Assembly: GCA_031413595.1 (NCBI GenBank)
Contig: JANOFJ010000150.1
Location: forward strand, 1 to 62,652
DNA: 62,652 nt
Reading direction: 5' to 3'
Source: Novosphingobium sp.
GTDB taxonomy: Bacteria > Pseudomonadota > Alphaproteobacteria > Sphingomonadales > Sphingomonadaceae
The notes under the pieces are model-generated. The model saw only the letters and a list, made by a program, of their open reading frames with translations, was not told where the DNA came from and searched no databases. A program made the position numbers and the translations under genes. Shown one piece after another: positions 37,309 to 49,127 of the stretch (position 1 is the stretch's first letter; every line of letters begins with the position of its first letter).

Positions 37309-39062
37309 GCGCATTAGCCGTCTCGAGTTCAGTGGTTTCTCCCAAGGCCGTCTCAACGGTAATTGCGTCGGGCCGGGTCGAACTTGCCAATGTCCGCCAG
37401 CGCCTGCTGCTGACTGCCAAGTGGCGGGTGCTGTGGGTCGCCATGGCGTTCGCACTTGTCGCGCTGGCAGCGCTGCTGCGGATCGGCCTGTTCGGGCTGC
37501 TAGGACAGGCGACCGTCCGGCAAGACATGGCCTCGGCCCTGCTGCCCGTGCGCGGCGACATCGTCGATCGCAACGGGGTTCCGTTGGCGCGTGCCTTTCC
37601 TGCCTATGCGCTGTGGTACAACCCGGCGGCGCTCGGCGGCGATGGCCCGCCGCTGGTCCGCCCGGCCAGTGAAGTTGCTGCCGCGCTGGTGCGGATATTC
37701 CCCGAGGAAAACCAGGCCGAGCTGACGGTGCGGCTGGCTTCCGGTCGTCCGGGCTACCTGCGCCGCCGCATCCTGCCCGAAGATGCCAACCGCATCCACG
37801 CGCTGGGGGAGCCGGCTCTGGAGTTCCCGCGCGAGAATGAGCGGTTCTATCCGCAAGGTTCAATGGCCAGCCACGTCCTCGGCTTTGTCGGTGCGGACGG
37901 AATGGGCCATGTCGGGATGGAGCAAGTCTTCAATCGGCAGCTGACTGACCCTACCATGCGCGGAACACCCGCGATGCTCTCGATCGATGCCCGTGTGCAG
38001 GGAGCGCTGGAAGATGAGCTGGGCCGGGGGATGCTCGAATCCAATGCCAAGGGCGCAGCTGGGATCATCCTTGATGTCGATACTGGCGAAGTGCTGGCGC
38101 TGGCCTCATTGCCCTCGTTCAACCCCAACCTGATCGACACGGCCAGCACCGGTAATATCTTCAACCGTGTGACCAACCAGGTCTATGAGCTGGGCTCGTC
38201 GTTCAAGCCGATTGCGATTGCTGCTGCGATCGACGCCGGTGTGGTGACCGATATGGGCAAGCGCTATCAATCCAGCCGTCCGCTCAACGTGTCGGGCTTT
38301 GAAATTCGGGACAGCCACAGCTTTGGCGCGTCGCTTAATGTTCCTGAAGCGCTGATCCATTCCTCCAACATCGTCACCGCGCAGATCGCCGATCAGCTGG
38401 GCGGAGCGCGGCTTAAAGCGACGATGCGCTCGCTGGGAATGAACGAGCGGCCCTATATCGAATTGCCGGCCAAGGGCTTTCCGCTGTGGCCCAAGGGGGA
38501 TTGGTCGCGGATTACGACCATGACTGTCTCCTATGGCCACGGCATCGCAGTGACCCCGCTGCATCTGGCATCGGCCTATGCGGCGATGGTCAATGGCGGA
38601 ATTTGGCGTCCGGCTACGTTGGAGAAGGTAAAACCCGGCCATGCAGCAGCTGGGCGGAGGGTGTGGAAGGCTTCGACCAGTGCGCGGATGCGCCAGTTGC
38701 TGCGGCTGATTGTCGATCTGGGGACGGGCCGCAAAGCCAACGCGCCGGGCTTTCGAGTTGGCGGCAAGACCGGCTCGGCCGAAAAACCGGGCGCTGGCGG
38801 CTATCGCCGGAGCTCGCTGGTCGCCACATTTGCTGCGGCCTTCCCGATGGACCACCCGCGCTATGTCGTAATCGCCATGCTTGACGAGCCGCAGGGTACT
38901 GCCGCCACCTCGGGACAGCGGACGGCGGCATGGAATGCTGCGCCGGTCGTTGGCCGGGTTGTCCCCCGGATCGGCCCGCTGCTGGGGGTGATGCCCGATG
39001 CCACCCGCGACGTCGATATTACCGACCTTGCGCCGCTGATCAGCAGCGGAGACGGGGAATGA
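37305..39062 (+). CDS. ftsI: class B penicillin-binding protein (PBP3)
   Basis: RGDIVDRNG, R.YPQG, G..G.E, SxxK (SSFK), SSN, KTG. Confidence 0.95.
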   Translation: MSALAVSSSVVSPKAVSTVIASGRVELANVRQRLLLTAKWRVLWVAMAFALVALAALLRIGLFGLLGQATVRQDMASALLPVRGDIVDRNGVPLARAFPAYALWYNPAALGGDGPPLVRPASEVAAALVRIFPEENQAELTVRLASGRPGYLRRRILPEDANRIHALGEPALEFPRENERFYPQGSMASHVLGFVGADGMGHVGMEQVFNRQLTDPTMRGTPAMLSIDARVQGALEDELGRGMLESNAKGAAGIILDVDTGEVLALASLPSFNPNLIDTASTGNIFNRVTNQVYELGSSFKPIAIAAAIDAGVVTDMGKRYQSSRPLNVSGFEIRDSHSFGASLNVPEALIHSSNIVTAQIADQLGGARLKATMRSLGMNERPYIELPAKGFPLWPKGDWSRITTMTVSYGHGIAVTPLHLASAYAAMVNGGIWRPATLEKVKPGHAAAGRRVWKASTSARMRQLLRLIVDLGTGRKANAPGFRVGGKTGSAEKPGAGGYRRSSLVATFAAAFPMDHPRYVVIAMLDEPQGTAATSGQRTAAWNAAPVVGRVVPRIGPLLGVMPDATRDVDITDLAPLISSGDGE

Positions 39063-40486
39063 AGCTGGGGGGGCAGCAAGTTACCGGCTTCGCCATCGAT
39101 CACCGCAAAGTGGCACCGGGAACTGTGTTCGGCGCCTTCCAGGGCAGCGCAGTCAATGGCGAAGACTTCATCCCGGCCGCTGTCGCTGCCGGAGCCATTG
39201 CCGTTGTTGCCCGCCCCGAAGCACAGGTTTTGGGTGCGGAGCACATCGCCGAGGCCAATCCCCGCCGGGCCTTCGCGCATCTGGCGGCACAGTTCTTCAC
39301 CCCGGTGCCCGCCACAATCGTTGCCGTCACCGGCACCAACGGCAAGACCTCGACCGCCGAGATGACCCGCCAACTGTGGCGCATGGCTGGTCACCGTGCA
39401 GCTTCGATCGGGACGTTGGGGGTGACCACGCCGGATGAAAGCGTTTCGACCGGCCTGACCACGCCCGACATTGTCACGTTCCTTGCGAATATGAGCGGGC
39501 TCGCGCGTGAGGGGGTCAGCCATGTTGCTTATGAAGCCTCCAGCCACGGGCTCTCGCAATTCCGCAACGAAGGGCTGCGCGTTGTCGCCGGGGCGTTTAC
39601 CAATCTCAGCCGCGATCACCTCGATTACCATGCCGACATGGATGATTATTTCGCCGCCAAGATGCGGCTGTTCGGCGAAATCGTTTGCGATGGCGGCACG
39701 GCGGTCATCTGGGCTGATGATGCCTGGTCCACCAAGGCCATCGACCACGCCAGCAAGCGCGGGCTGCGGTTGGCCACCGTGGGCGAGGGCGGCTCGGCAA
39801 TCCGGCTGGTATCGCGCACTCCGGGGCAGCTCGGTCAGGTGCTTGAGCTGGAATGTGACGGCACCGTATGCAAGGTCAATCTGCCGCTGATCGGGGCCTA
39901 TCAGGCGGCCAATGCGCTGGTTGCGGCGGGCCTCGTAATCGCGACCGGCGGCGATGCGGCGCAAACGCTCGATGCGCTTTCGCGGCTTCAGCCGGTTCGC
40001 GGGCGATTGGAACGGGCCGCTATCGCGCGCGCCGGAGCGCCGATCTATGTCGATTATGCCCATACCCCCGATGCCCTGGAAGCCGCGATAGCCGCGCTGC
40101 GCCCGCATGTGAGCGGGCGGCTGATCGTGGTATTCGGAGCGGGCGGTGACCGCGATCAGGGCAAACGCCCGGAGATGGGCCGGGTCGCAGCAAACCAGGC
40201 GGACATTGGCATCGTCACCGACGACAACCCGCGCGGCGAAGATGCCAGTGCAATCCGCGCCATGATACTTGCCGGCGCGCCCGGTCAGCTCGAAGAAGTG
40301 GCCGACCGGCGTGCTGCCATCGCCGCTGCGATCGGGCGGGCAGGGCGCGACGATATCGTCCTGATTGCCGGCAAGGGCCATGAGCAAGGCCAGATAATCG
40401 GCAGCGGCGAAACCCTGCGTGTCTTGCCGTTTGATGATGTAACTGTTGCAAGGGAGTGCGCAGCCCCTCCCGGAAGGACGACATGA
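39059..40486 (+). CDS. murE: UDP-MurNAc-tripeptide synthetase (meso-DAP type)
   Basis: TGTNGKTS, EASSHGL, NLSRDHLDYH, DYAHTPD, DNPR. Confidence 0.97.
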   Translation: MKLGGQQVTGFAIDHRKVAPGTVFGAFQGSAVNGEDFIPAAVAAGAIAVVARPEAQVLGAEHIAEANPRRAFAHLAAQFFTPVPATIVAVTGTNGKTSTAEMTRQLWRMAGHRAASIGTLGVTTPDESVSTGLTTPDIVTFLANMSGLAREGVSHVAYEASSHGLSQFRNEGLRVVAGAFTNLSRDHLDYHADMDDYFAAKMRLFGEIVCDGGTAVIWADDAWSTKAIDHASKRGLRLATVGEGGSAIRLVSRTPGQLGQVLELECDGTVCKVNLPLIGAYQAANALVAAGLVIATGGDAAQTLDALSRLQPVRGRLERAAIARAGAPIYVDYAHTPDALEAAIAALRPHVSGRLIVVFGAGGDRDQGKRPEMGRVAANQADIGIVTDDNPRGEDASAIRAMILAGAPGQLEEVADRRAAIAAAIGRAGRDDIVLIAGKGHEQGQIIGSGETLRVLPFDDVTVARECAAPPGRTT

Positions 40487-41946
40487 TGAGTGCGCCTTTG
40501 AGAGTTCTCGAATGGCCGGTTGACGCTGAAGATGTCCTGCCGCTGGCATTGTGGGATGCGGCGCGCATAGCTGCTGCGACCGGCGGGGTTGCCAGCGCTG
40601 ACTTCCAGGCCTCCGGGGTCGAGATCGACAGCCGTGATGTGATGCCGGGCGACCTGTTCTTTGCCTTGAAGGGCGAGGTCATGGACGGCCACCGCTTCAT
40701 CGACGCCGCCTTTGCCAAGGGCGCAGTGGCGGCGGTGGTCGATCGCCCGATCAAAGGTCCGCACATCCTGGTCAACGATACCTCAACCGCACTTGAGCTA
40801 TTGGCAAAAGTCGCTCGAAGCCGCACCGAGGCGCGGATTATCGGCGTGACCGGATCGGTCGGCAAGACCGGGGTCAAGGAGGCAATATTTGCCGCGCTGG
40901 AACGCTCGAGCCGGGGCGGGGCGCATCGCTCGGTCAAGAGCTACAACAACCATGTCGGCGTGCCGCTCAGCCTGGCGCGGATGCCTGCGCGCAGCAAGTT
41001 CGGCATATTCGAGATGGGGATGAACCATGCTGGCGAGATCGCCGGGCTGACCAGCCAGGTTCGCCCGGACGTCGCCGTGATCACTACGATCGCCCCTGCC
41101 CACATTGAGATGCTTGGCAGTTTAGAGGCAATCGCGGACGCCAAGGCGGAGATATTTCAGGGTCTCACATCCGCAGGCATCGCCATCATCCCGGCCGACA
41201 GTCCCCACCATGCCCAGCTGAAGAAAGCTGCCGAACGCTATGCGAGCGCGGTGGTTTCGTTTGGCCGGGCCCCCCACGCCGATGTTCGTCTGCTCGATGC
41301 AGTGGCGGCGCATGATGGCGGTTCGCTGGTCACGATTGACCTGGGTGATCGCCGGATGTGCTACACCGTCGCGGCGCCAGGTGAGCACTGGGTGATCAAT
41401 TCGCTGGCGGTAATGGCTGCAGTCCGCGCGGTCGGCGGCGACCTTGGCGCGGCAGGATTGGCGCTGGCGGAAATGGAAGGCCTCAAGGGGCGCGGTGCGC
41501 GCTCGGAAATTTCGACATCAGACGGCGGCACTGCGCTGCTGATCGATGAAAGTTACAATGCCAACCCCACCTCGATGCGCGCTACGCTGGCGCAGCTTGG
41601 CGCTACACCGGCCAAACGGCGGATCGCCGTGCTGGGCGCAATGAAGGAACTGGGAGCCCACGGTCCAGCCTTTCACGCTGCGCTGGCCGAGCCGATCCGC
41701 GCCGCCGGCATCGACCGGCTGGTGCTGGTGGGCGACGAGATGCGCGCGCTGGCCGAGGAGTTGGGGAAATCGGATCCGGTTGCGCTTGGCAAGCCGCTGA
41801 CCTTCGCGCATTGCGGTAATGCCATGGAAGCGCAACAAGCGCTGCTGGCGATTGGCCTGGAAAGCGGTGACGCGATCCTGGTCAAAGGGTCGAATTCGGT
41901 GGGACTGGGCGCGTTGGTCACGGCGCTCGCCGGCAAGGAGGGCTGA
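40483..41946 (+). CDS. murF: UDP-MurNAc-pentapeptide synthetase
   Basis: [37 protein letters not shown]. Confidence 0.97.
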   Translation: MMSAPLRVLEWPVDAEDVLPLALWDAARIAAATGGVASADFQASGVEIDSRDVMPGDLFFALKGEVMDGHRFIDAAFAKGAVAAVVDRPIKGPHILVNDTSTALELLAKVARSRTEARIIGVTGSVGKTGVKEAIFAALERSSRGGAHRSVKSYNNHVGVPLSLARMPARSKFGIFEMGMNHAGEIAGLTSQVRPDVAVITTIAPAHIEMLGSLEAIADAKAEIFQGLTSAGIAIIPADSPHHAQLKKAAERYASAVVSFGRAPHADVRLLDAVAAHDGGSLVTIDLGDRRMCYTVAAPGEHWVINSLAVMAAVRAVGGDLGAAGLALAEMEGLKGRGARSEISTSDGGTALLIDESYNANPTSMRATLAQLGATPAKRRIAVLGAMKELGAHGPAFHAALAEPIRAAGIDRLVLVGDEMRALAEELGKSDPVALGKPLTFAHCGNAMEAQQALLAIGLESGDAILVKGSNSVGLGALVTALAGKEG

Positions 41947-43016
41947 TGCTCTATATCATTGCCGATTATTTCAACTTCTCTGGGGTAACGAACCTCATTC
42001 GCTACCAGACGTTCCGTGCCGGCGCGGCCTTGATGACTGCGCTGGTGATCGGCCTAATCATCGGGCCACGCTTCATCAGCATGCTTCGCGTCCGCCAGGG
42101 CAAAGGCCAGCCGATCCGCGAGGACGGTCCGCAAAGCCACCTCGCCAAACGCGGCACGCCGACGATGGGTGGGCTGATGATCCTGATCTCGCTGGTCATC
42201 TCGATGCTGCTGTGGATGGATCTGACCAACCCGTTCGTCTGGGCCTGCCTGGCGGTGACGGTGGGCTTTGGATTTATCGGCTTCCTTGATGATTACGACA
42301 AGGTCAGCAAGCGCAGCGCCAAGGGAATATCGGGCCGGGCGCGGTTACTGGCCGAATTCGCAGTCGCAGGCGTCGCCTCGTGGCTGATCGTCAGCCAGAT
42401 CAGCACCAACCTCTATGTCCCGTTTCTGTCGGATCGCTACATCCCGCTGGGCCCGCTTTATTACGTCTTTGCCGCCTTCGTCATGGTTGGGGCGGGAAAT
42501 GCTGTGAACCTGACCGACGGGCTTGATGGGCTTGCCACCATGCCAGTAGTCATCGCGGCAGGGGCCTTTGCGATCATTGCCTACCTTGCCGGGCGAGCCG
42601 ACTTTGCCGCCTATCTGGGTATTCCGCATGTGCCTCGGGCTGGCGATCTGGCCATCCTGTGTGCCGGGATCATGGGAGCCTGCCTTGCCTTCCTGTGGTT
42701 CAACGCGCCGCCTGCAGCAGTGTTCATGGGCGATACCGGCAGCCTTGCGCTGGGCGGCGCTCTGGGTGCCATTGCAGTCGCCGCGCATCACGAAATCGTG
42801 CTGGCTATCGTCGGCGGCCTGTTCGTGCTTGAAGCGATGTCGGTCATCATCCAGGTCGCGGTTTACAAACGCACCGGCAAGCGCGTCTTCAAGATGGCTC
42901 CGATCCACCACCATTTCGAACAGCTTGGCTGGAAAGAATCGACCGTTGTGATCCGCTTCTGGATTGTCTCGATCATCCTTGCGTTGATCGGCCTTGCGAC
43001 GTTGAAGGTGAGGTGA
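41946..43016 (+). CDS. mraY: phospho-MurNAc-pentapeptide transferase
   Basis: [36 protein letters not shown]. Confidence 0.98.
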   Translation: MLYIIADYFNFSGVTNLIRYQTFRAGAALMTALVIGLIIGPRFISMLRVRQGKGQPIREDGPQSHLAKRGTPTMGGLMILISLVISMLLWMDLTNPFVWACLAVTVGFGFIGFLDDYDKVSKRSAKGISGRARLLAEFAVAGVASWLIVSQISTNLYVPFLSDRYIPLGPLYYVFAAFVMVGAGNAVNLTDGLDGLATMPVVIAAGAFAIIAYLAGRADFAAYLGIPHVPRAGDLAILCAGIMGACLAFLWFNAPPAAVFMGDTGSLALGGALGAIAVAAHHEIVLAIVGGLFVLEAMSVIIQVAVYKRTGKRVFKMAPIHHHFEQLGWKESTVVIRFWIVSIILALIGLATLKVR

Positions 43017-43026
43017 TCGGAGCGCC

Positions 43027-44412
43027 ATGATCACTGGCCCAACCTTTTCCGGCAAACGCTATGCCGTCCTCGGTCTGGCCCGATCGGGGCTGACGGCGGT
43101 CGATAGCTTGCTGGCAAGCGGAGCCAAAGTTACTGCCTGGGACAGCCGCGAAGAACCGCGTCAGCTGCTCGGCGCCAAATATCCCGGCAGGGTCGATCTG
43201 GCTGATCCGGTGTCGATCGATCTTGCGGGCTATGCCGGAGTGGTGGTCTCCCCCGGAGTGCCGCTGAACCGCCATCCGATTGCCGAAATTGCCGCCAAGG
43301 CCGGGGTCCCGGTGATCGGCGATATCGAATTGTTTGCCTTGGCCCGGCCTCGCCTTCCCGCGCACCGCGTGGTGGGAATTACCGGCACCAACGGCAAGTC
43401 AACCACTACTGCGCTGGTTCATCATCTGCTGCAAAGCGCGGCGTTACCAACCAAGATGGGCGGTAATATCGGGCTGCCGATCCTGGGGCAAAGGCCGCTT
43501 GATCCGGGCGGTGTCTATGTGCTGGAGCTTTCCAGCTATCAGCTGGACCTGACATTCAGCCTTGAATGCGAAGTTGCGGCGTTGTTGAATATCACTCCGG
43601 ATCACCTTGATCGCTATGCCGATTTTGCAGGCTACGCCGCCTCGAAGGCGCGGCTTTTTGGGATGCAACGGGCTGATCAGCAGGCGATCTTCGGCATTAC
43701 TGATGAGGAAACCCGCGCCGTCGCTGCGCATGAAGCCCAGCGGCGCGCACCAGAAAAAGTACTCAGCGTCGATGGGCTCGATCTCCTGGCGCTCCAGCCC
43801 AACTGGCCGACCCTGCAAGGCCCGCATAACCTGCAGAACGCCGCCGTGGCGGTCGGGATTGTTGAGGCGCTAGGGCTGACGCCAGCACAGTGGAAGCCCG
43901 CCATGGCGACTTTTCGCGGGCTCCCCCACCGGATGGAACGCGTTGCCGAAGCAGCCGGCGTGCTGTTCATCAATGACAGCAAGGCCACCAACCCGGCCTC
44001 GGCCGCCCCGGCGCTGGCGGCATTCCCGCCCAGAACTGACACATCCAGAACTGGCCCCCGGATCCACTGGATCCTGGGCGGCCTGCCCAAGGGTGACGAT
44101 CTTGACGAATGCGCCCCGTACTTCGGCAATGTCGCGGCAGCCTATACGATCGGTGACGCCGGGCCGCTGTTTGCTGAGCTGCTCGCCCCGCATATGCCGG
44201 TTCGGCGCAGCGAAATGATGTGCGAGGCGATCCGCGAGGCGATCGCTGCCGCCCATCCCGGGGACGTCGTATTGCTTTCACCGGCCTGCGCCAGCTTTGA
44301 CCAGTTTCGGGATTATGAAGCGCGCGGCGACAATTTCCGGCAGATCGTCGAAGCACTGACCTTGGTCGAGGGCGATGAAGCCGATGCAACGATAAAGCAG
44401 GGTGGAAACTGA
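43027..44412 (+). CDS. murD: UDP-MurNAc-L-Ala:D-Glu ligase
   Basis: GLARSG, TGTNGKST, ELSSYQL, DHLDRY, NDSKATN, SPACASFDQF. Confidence 0.97.
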   Translation: MITGPTFSGKRYAVLGLARSGLTAVDSLLASGAKVTAWDSREEPRQLLGAKYPGRVDLADPVSIDLAGYAGVVVSPGVPLNRHPIAEIAAKAGVPVIGDIELFALARPRLPAHRVVGITGTNGKSTTTALVHHLLQSAALPTKMGGNIGLPILGQRPLDPGGVYVLELSSYQLDLTFSLECEVAALLNITPDHLDRYADFAGYAASKARLFGMQRADQQAIFGITDEETRAVAAHEAQRRAPEKVLSVDGLDLLALQPNWPTLQGPHNLQNAAVAVGIVEALGLTPAQWKPAMATFRGLPHRMERVAEAAGVLFINDSKATNPASAAPALAAFPPRTDTSRTGPRIHWILGGLPKGDDLDECAPYFGNVAAAYTIGDAGPLFAELLAPHMPVRRSEMMCEAIREAIAAAHPGDVVLLSPACASFDQFRDYEARGDNFRQIVEALTLVEGDEADATIKQGGN

Positions 44413-45632
44413 TGGCCAGCAATCCCCCTTTCGTGCCGCGCGGCGGTCAGATCAATTCCGCCAATCCCGGTGCGCGGCTGCGCCGCAGCCGTCGCAGCGA
44501 GTTGGCGATCTGGTGGCGCGAGGTCGATCGCGTGTTGTTGTTCATGATTCTGGCGCTGATGGCGATCGGCACCGCAGCCGTTGCGGCCGCTTCGCCTGCC
44601 AGCGCGCGCCGTCTTTCGACTTCGGCGATTCGGCTCGATGACATGCACTTCTTCTACCTCCACCTGCGCTGGCAATTTGTCGGCCTGATCACGATGCTGC
44701 TGGCTTCGCTGCTGCCCAAGGATATGGCGCGGCGCGCAGGGATCATGCTGGGTTTCGCCATGCTGATCGGGCTGCTGCTGGTTCCGGTGTTCGGCTTCAC
44801 GGTAAATGGCGCGCGGCGCTGGCTCAATCTGGGCATGTCGCTCCAACCCTCGGAATTCCTCAAACCTGCCTTTGCGATCGGGATGGCCTGGATCCTGTCA
44901 TGGCGGGTCCGCGATCCCAATTTGCCAGTGGTCGAAGTAGCAACAGGAGTGATGGGTCTGGTCGCAGTAATGCTGATGGCGCAGCCGGACTTTGGTTCGG
45001 CGATCCTGTTTTGCGGTGTTTGGTTCGTACTGGTGCTGCTGTCCGGCATTTCGGTCAAGCGCGTTGCGCTGGCGGGCGCGGCCCTGCTCGGGGTGGTTGT
45101 CGGGGCATATCTGTTTTATGATAACGCCCGCAACCGGATTGACAGTTTCATCGGCGGCGGATCGGCTTTCGATCAAGTAGATCTCGCCGAAAAAACCCTG
45201 CTCGCCGGAGGATGGACCGGTAGCGGCTTGTGGCTGGGTACGCGCAAGCTCGCTTTGCCCGAGGCGCATACCGACTATATTTTCTCTGTCATCGGCGAGG
45301 AGTTCGGCCTTTTGATCTGCGCGGTGATTGTGGTGCTGTATCTGGCGATCATGGTCCGGGTGCTGTTGCGCCTGGTCGAGGAGGAAGATTTGTTCACCGT
45401 GCTGGCGGCGGCAGGACTTGCGGCCCAGCTGGGCGGGCAGGCCTTCATCAATATCCTCGTCAACCTGCAACTGTTTCCATCGAAAGGCATGACCCTGCCG
45501 CTGATCAGCTATGGCGGCTCGTCAACCATCGCGCTGTGCCTTGGGGTCGGCTTCCTGCTGGCCATTACCCGCAGAAATCCTTTCTTGCAGCGCGAGCCAT
45601 TCAGTCTGCGCCAGGCAGGAGGCCTGAAATGA
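44412..45632 (+). CDS. ftsW: SEDS peptidoglycan glycosyltransferase FtsW
   Basis: GARRW, QPSEFLK, QPDFG, LPEAHTDYIF..GEE.G, LPLISYGGSS. Confidence 0.96.
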   Translation: MASNPPFVPRGGQINSANPGARLRRSRRSELAIWWREVDRVLLFMILALMAIGTAAVAAASPASARRLSTSAIRLDDMHFFYLHLRWQFVGLITMLLASLLPKDMARRAGIMLGFAMLIGLLLVPVFGFTVNGARRWLNLGMSLQPSEFLKPAFAIGMAWILSWRVRDPNLPVVEVATGVMGLVAVMLMAQPDFGSAILFCGVWFVLVLLSGISVKRVALAGAALLGVVVGAYLFYDNARNRIDSFIGGGSAFDQVDLAEKTLLAGGWTGSGLWLGTRKLALPEAHTDYIFSVIGEEFGLLICAVIVVLYLAIMVRVLLRLVEEEDLFTVLAAAGLAAQLGGQAFINILVNLQLFPSKGMTLPLISYGGSSTIALCLGVGFLLAITRRNPFLQREPFSLRQAGGLK

Positions 45633-46792
45633 GTATTACCAGCAGGCACTTTGTGCTGGCCGCAGGCGGAACCGGCGGGCATTTGATCCCCGCCTTTGCC
45701 CTGGCGGTAGAGCTGGAGCGGCGCGGGCACCATGTTGCCTTGATCACGGATGAGCGCGGCGCCAAATTGCCGGGCAAGCCCGCATCGCTGGTGGCCCATG
45801 TGCTCCCGGCCGGACGGCTGACCCGCAATCCGCTCGGCTGGGCCAAGGGCATCGGCGCGATCCTTGAAGGGCGGCGCATGGCGCTGCGGCTGTTCGACAG
45901 TTTTGAGCCTTCCGCCGTGATCGGTTTTGGCGGTTATCCCGCATTTCCGGCGCTAATGGCCGCAGCCTCAGCCAGAATTCCGACCATCATCCACGAGCAG
46001 AATGCTGTGCTGGGCCGGGTCAACCGCTTCCTGGCAGGGCGGGTCAATGCAATTGCGACATCGTATAAGCAGGTCGATCGGCTTCCGAAAAAGCACGGCG
46101 AAAAGGTGCGTCTGGTCGGAAATCCGATCCGCGCCGAAGTGCTGGCGCTTCGTGACAAGCCGTTCCCGCCGTTTACCGCCGATGGCCTGCTTCGGGTGCT
46201 GGTAACTGGCGGCAGTCAGGGCGCACGGGTGCTGTCCGAGGTCGTCCCCGATGGGCTCGCCATGCTCCAGACGGCGCTGCGGACCCGGCTGCAGATTACC
46301 CAGCAGTGCCGGGCCGAGGATATCGAAGCGGTCCGCGCCCGCTATGCCGGACATAACATACCCGCCGAACTGGGCACCTATTTCGAGGACATGGCGACAC
46401 GGCTCGCCGACGCCCATCTGTTCATCGGCCGCGCCGGAGCATCGACCATCGCCGAGCTTACCGCGGTCGGCCGCCCCGCCATCCTGATCCCGCTGCCGAT
46501 CGCGACCGACGATCATCAGGCTGCCAATACCCGCGAAATGGTCGCGACCGGGGGCGCGCGAATGATCCGGCAAGAGAAGTTCTCCGCCTCTGAACTCGCC
46601 AAGCAGATCCAGGCGATGGCCCAGCGCCCCGAAACCCTCGCAACTGCGGCCCATGCTGCGTGGAATTGCGGCTATCCCAATGCGGTGAGCGATCTGGCAG
46701 ATCTGGTCGAGAGCTTCGGTGGTTCGCCGCTGATGGATGTTATCCGGATGGTGCAAAGCGTTTCGGCCACTGGCCAGGAGCAGACCGCATGA
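45629..46792 (+). CDS. murG: lipid II GlcNAc transferase
   Basis: GGTGGH, GFGGY, HEQN, GNP.R, GGSQGA, RAGAST..E, HQ..N. Confidence 0.97.
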   Translation: MSITSRHFVLAAGGTGGHLIPAFALAVELERRGHHVALITDERGAKLPGKPASLVAHVLPAGRLTRNPLGWAKGIGAILEGRRMALRLFDSFEPSAVIGFGGYPAFPALMAAASARIPTIIHEQNAVLGRVNRFLAGRVNAIATSYKQVDRLPKKHGEKVRLVGNPIRAEVLALRDKPFPPFTADGLLRVLVTGGSQGARVLSEVVPDGLAMLQTALRTRLQITQQCRAEDIEAVRARYAGHNIPAELGTYFEDMATRLADAHLFIGRAGASTIAELTAVGRPAILIPLPIATDDHQAANTREMVATGGARMIRQEKFSASELAKQIQAMAQRPETLATAAHAAWNCGYPNAVSDLADLVESFGGSPLMDVIRMVQSVSATGQEQTA

Positions 46793-48201
46793 TGGGTGTT
46801 CCCACCGATATCGGGACGATCCACTTCGTCGGCATTGGCGGGATCGGCATGTCGGGGATTGCCGAGGTGATGAAGAACCTTGGCTACGATGTCCAAGGCT
46901 CGGACATCGCTGAAGGCTATGTGGTCGAAGGCCTGCGCCAGCGCGGGATCAGGGTGATGATCGGTCATGCTGCCGAAAACCTTGGCGATGCCGCTGTGGT
47001 CGTCACCTCAACCGCCGTGAAGCGCAACAACCCCGAGGTTGCCGCCGCGCTGGAGGGGCGCATTCCCGTGGTCCGCCGCGCTGAAATGCTGGCCGAGCTG
47101 ATGCGGCTGAAGCGCACCGTTGCGGTGGCGGGCACCCACGGCAAGACCACCACCACCAGCATGGTTGCCGCGCTGCTTGATGCCGGCGGGATCGATCCGA
47201 CCGTTATCAACGGCGGGATCATCAACAGCTATGGCTCCAACGCCAGGCTCGGCGCAAGCGACTGGATGGTGGTGGAAGCCGATGAGAGCGATGGCAGTTT
47301 CCTGCGACTGGATGGGACCATCGCGGTCGTCACCAACATCGACCCTGAACACCTCGATCATTACGGCAGCTTCGATGCGGTTAAAGAGGCCTTCGTCGAG
47401 TTCATCGAGAATGTGCCGTTCTATGGCGCAGCGGTGCTGTGCATCGATCATCCCGAGGTGCAGGCGGTGATCCCGAAAATTCGCGATCGCCGGGTGATCA
47501 CTTACGGCTTTTCCGCCCAGGCCGATGTGCGGGGCGAGAACGTCACTCCAATCCCAGGCGGCAATCGCTTTGATGTGGCGATCCGCCAGCGCGACGGCAG
47601 TATTCGCCGGATCGATGGGATCGAGCTGCCGATGCCGGGCCGTCACAACGTCCAGAACTCGATCGCTGCGATTGCAGTGGCGGTGGAGATGGCTTGCAGT
47701 GACGATGTAATCCAGACCGGTTTTGCCAAGTTCACCGGCGTCAAACGGCGCTTTACCAAGGTGGGCGAGGTGGACGGGATCACCGTGATAGACGATTACG
47801 CCCACCACCCTGTAGAGATTCGCGCGGTGCTGTCAGCGGCCCGCGAAGGCGTTCAAGGCAGGGTTATCGCCGTGGTCCAGCCGCATCGCTTTACCCGCCT
47901 GCGCGATCACATGGAAGAGTTCCAGGCTGCCTTCAACGATGCCGATATCGTCTTTGCCACCCCGGTCTATGCCGCGGGCGAACAGCCGATCGAAGGCATC
48001 GATTCAGACGAGATGATCGCCGGAATGAAGGCGCGCGGGCATCGCTCGGCGCAGGTAATCGCCAGTCAGGATGCTCTTGCCGCAACGATAGCCGAAACTG
48101 CTCAGCCCGGTGACATGGTGGTCTGCCTTGGCGCTGGCGACATCACCAAATGGGCAGGCGGCCTGGCCGATGCGATACTCGTGCGGCGGAGGGGGGGGTG
48201 A
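46789..48201 (+). CDS. murC: UDP-MurNAc:L-Ala ligase
   Basis: [35 protein letters not shown]. Confidence 0.98.
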   Translation: MMGVPTDIGTIHFVGIGGIGMSGIAEVMKNLGYDVQGSDIAEGYVVEGLRQRGIRVMIGHAAENLGDAAVVVTSTAVKRNNPEVAAALEGRIPVVRRAEMLAELMRLKRTVAVAGTHGKTTTTSMVAALLDAGGIDPTVINGGIINSYGSNARLGASDWMVVEADESDGSFLRLDGTIAVVTNIDPEHLDHYGSFDAVKEAFVEFIENVPFYGAAVLCIDHPEVQAVIPKIRDRRVITYGFSAQADVRGENVTPIPGGNRFDVAIRQRDGSIRRIDGIELPMPGRHNVQNSIAAIAVAVEMACSDDVIQTGFAKFTGVKRRFTKVGEVDGITVIDDYAHHPVEIRAVLSAAREGVQGRVIAVVQPHRFTRLRDHMEEFQAAFNDADIVFATPVYAAGEQPIEGIDSDEMIAGMKARGHRSAQVIASQDALAATIAETAQPGDMVVCLGAGDITKWAGGLADAILVRRRGG

Positions 48202-49127
48202 ACACACTGGCGCTCCCCAAGGTTCACGGCAAGCTCACCGCCGATGCTCCGCTGGCTCCGCTGGTCTGGTTCAAGTCCGGCGGCGCTGCCCAGTGGCTGT
48301 TCGAGCCGAAGGATCTGGCCGATCTGCAAGGCTTTTTGCGCGATCTGGACACCGCCACCCCGGTTATGGCGCTGGGGCTGGGTTCCAACATGATCGTCCG
48401 CGATGGCGGGGTTTCGGGCGTGGTAATCCGTCTCGGCAAGGCTTTTGCTAAATGCACTGCGCGGGATGAGGTGACGCTCGATTGCGGCGGCGGTGCCTCG
48501 GGCATTCTGGTTTCCTCCACCGCCCGCGATGCCGGGATCGCCGGTCTTGAATTCCTTCGCTCGATCCCCGGCACGGTCGGCGGGTTCATCCGCATGAACG
48601 GCGGTGCCTATGGCAGCGAGGTTGCCGATATTTTGATCGATTGCGATGTGGTGCTGCGTAATGGCGAATTGGTGACGCTGCCGGCCAGCGAAATGGGCTA
48701 TACCTATCGCCACTCCGAATTACCGGTTGGTGCGATTGTCGTTGTAGCCCGGTTCAGGGGTCGTCTGGGCGATCCGGCGGCGATTCAGGCCGAGATGGAC
48801 CGGATCAGCGCAGCCCGCGAAGCATCGCAGCCTCTTAGAAGCAAAACCGGTGGATCGACCTTCAAGAACCCGCCGGGCCACAAGGCCTGGGAACTGGTCG
48901 ATGCGGCCGGGTGCCGAGGTCTGGTCAAAGGCGGCGCGCAAGTCAGTGAGAAACACTGCAATTTCCTGCTCAATCTGGGTGACGCAACCAGTGCAGACAT
49001 CGAAGGGCTGGGCGAAGAAGTGCGGCGGCGGGTCAAGGGAAAATCAGGGGTCAAATTGGATTGGGAAATCCAGCGCGTCGGCATTCTTGCCGGAGCGCCA
49101 GTCGAAAAAGGCGCAGGAAAAAAGTGA
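48198..49127 (+). CDS. murB: UDP-N-acetylenolpyruvoylglucosamine reductase
   Basis: G.GSN, IPGTVGG..MNGGAYG, YRHS, GSTFKNP, KHCNF; GTGA overlap with murC. Confidence 0.96.
   Translation: MNTLALPKVHGKLTADAPLAPLVWFKSGGAAQWLFEPKDLADLQGFLRDLDTATPVMALGLGSNMIVRDGGVSGVVIRLGKAFAKCTARDEVTLDCGGGASGILVSSTARDAGIAGLEFLRSIPGTVGGFIRMNGGAYGSEVADILIDCDVVLRNGELVTLPASEMGYTYRHSELPVGAIVVVARFRGRLGDPAAIQAEMDRISAAREASQPLRSKTGGSTFKNPPGHKAWELVDAAGCRGLVKGGAQVSEKHCNFLLNLGDATSADIEGLGEEVRRRVKGKSGVKLDWEIQRVGILAGAPVEKGAGKK

Noticed and set aside
39059-39085. G7 run and short N-terminus at the murE start as a frameshift or pseudogene
   Set aside because: The frame is intact from the ATGA-coupled start and all MurE motifs are present
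38861-40549. 562-aa - strand ORF, and similar shadows at 2740-4038, 18884-19957, 22328-23371, 36475-37863, 59921-61246
   Set aside because: All lie antisense to well-supported genes and show no recognisable domains
45230-45628. Long upstream extensions of murG (also murE, murC, rsmH, ccmA, alkA, proC)
   Set aside because: They overlap neighbouring genes; the true starts fall at coupled ATGA/GTGA overlaps or behind SD sequences
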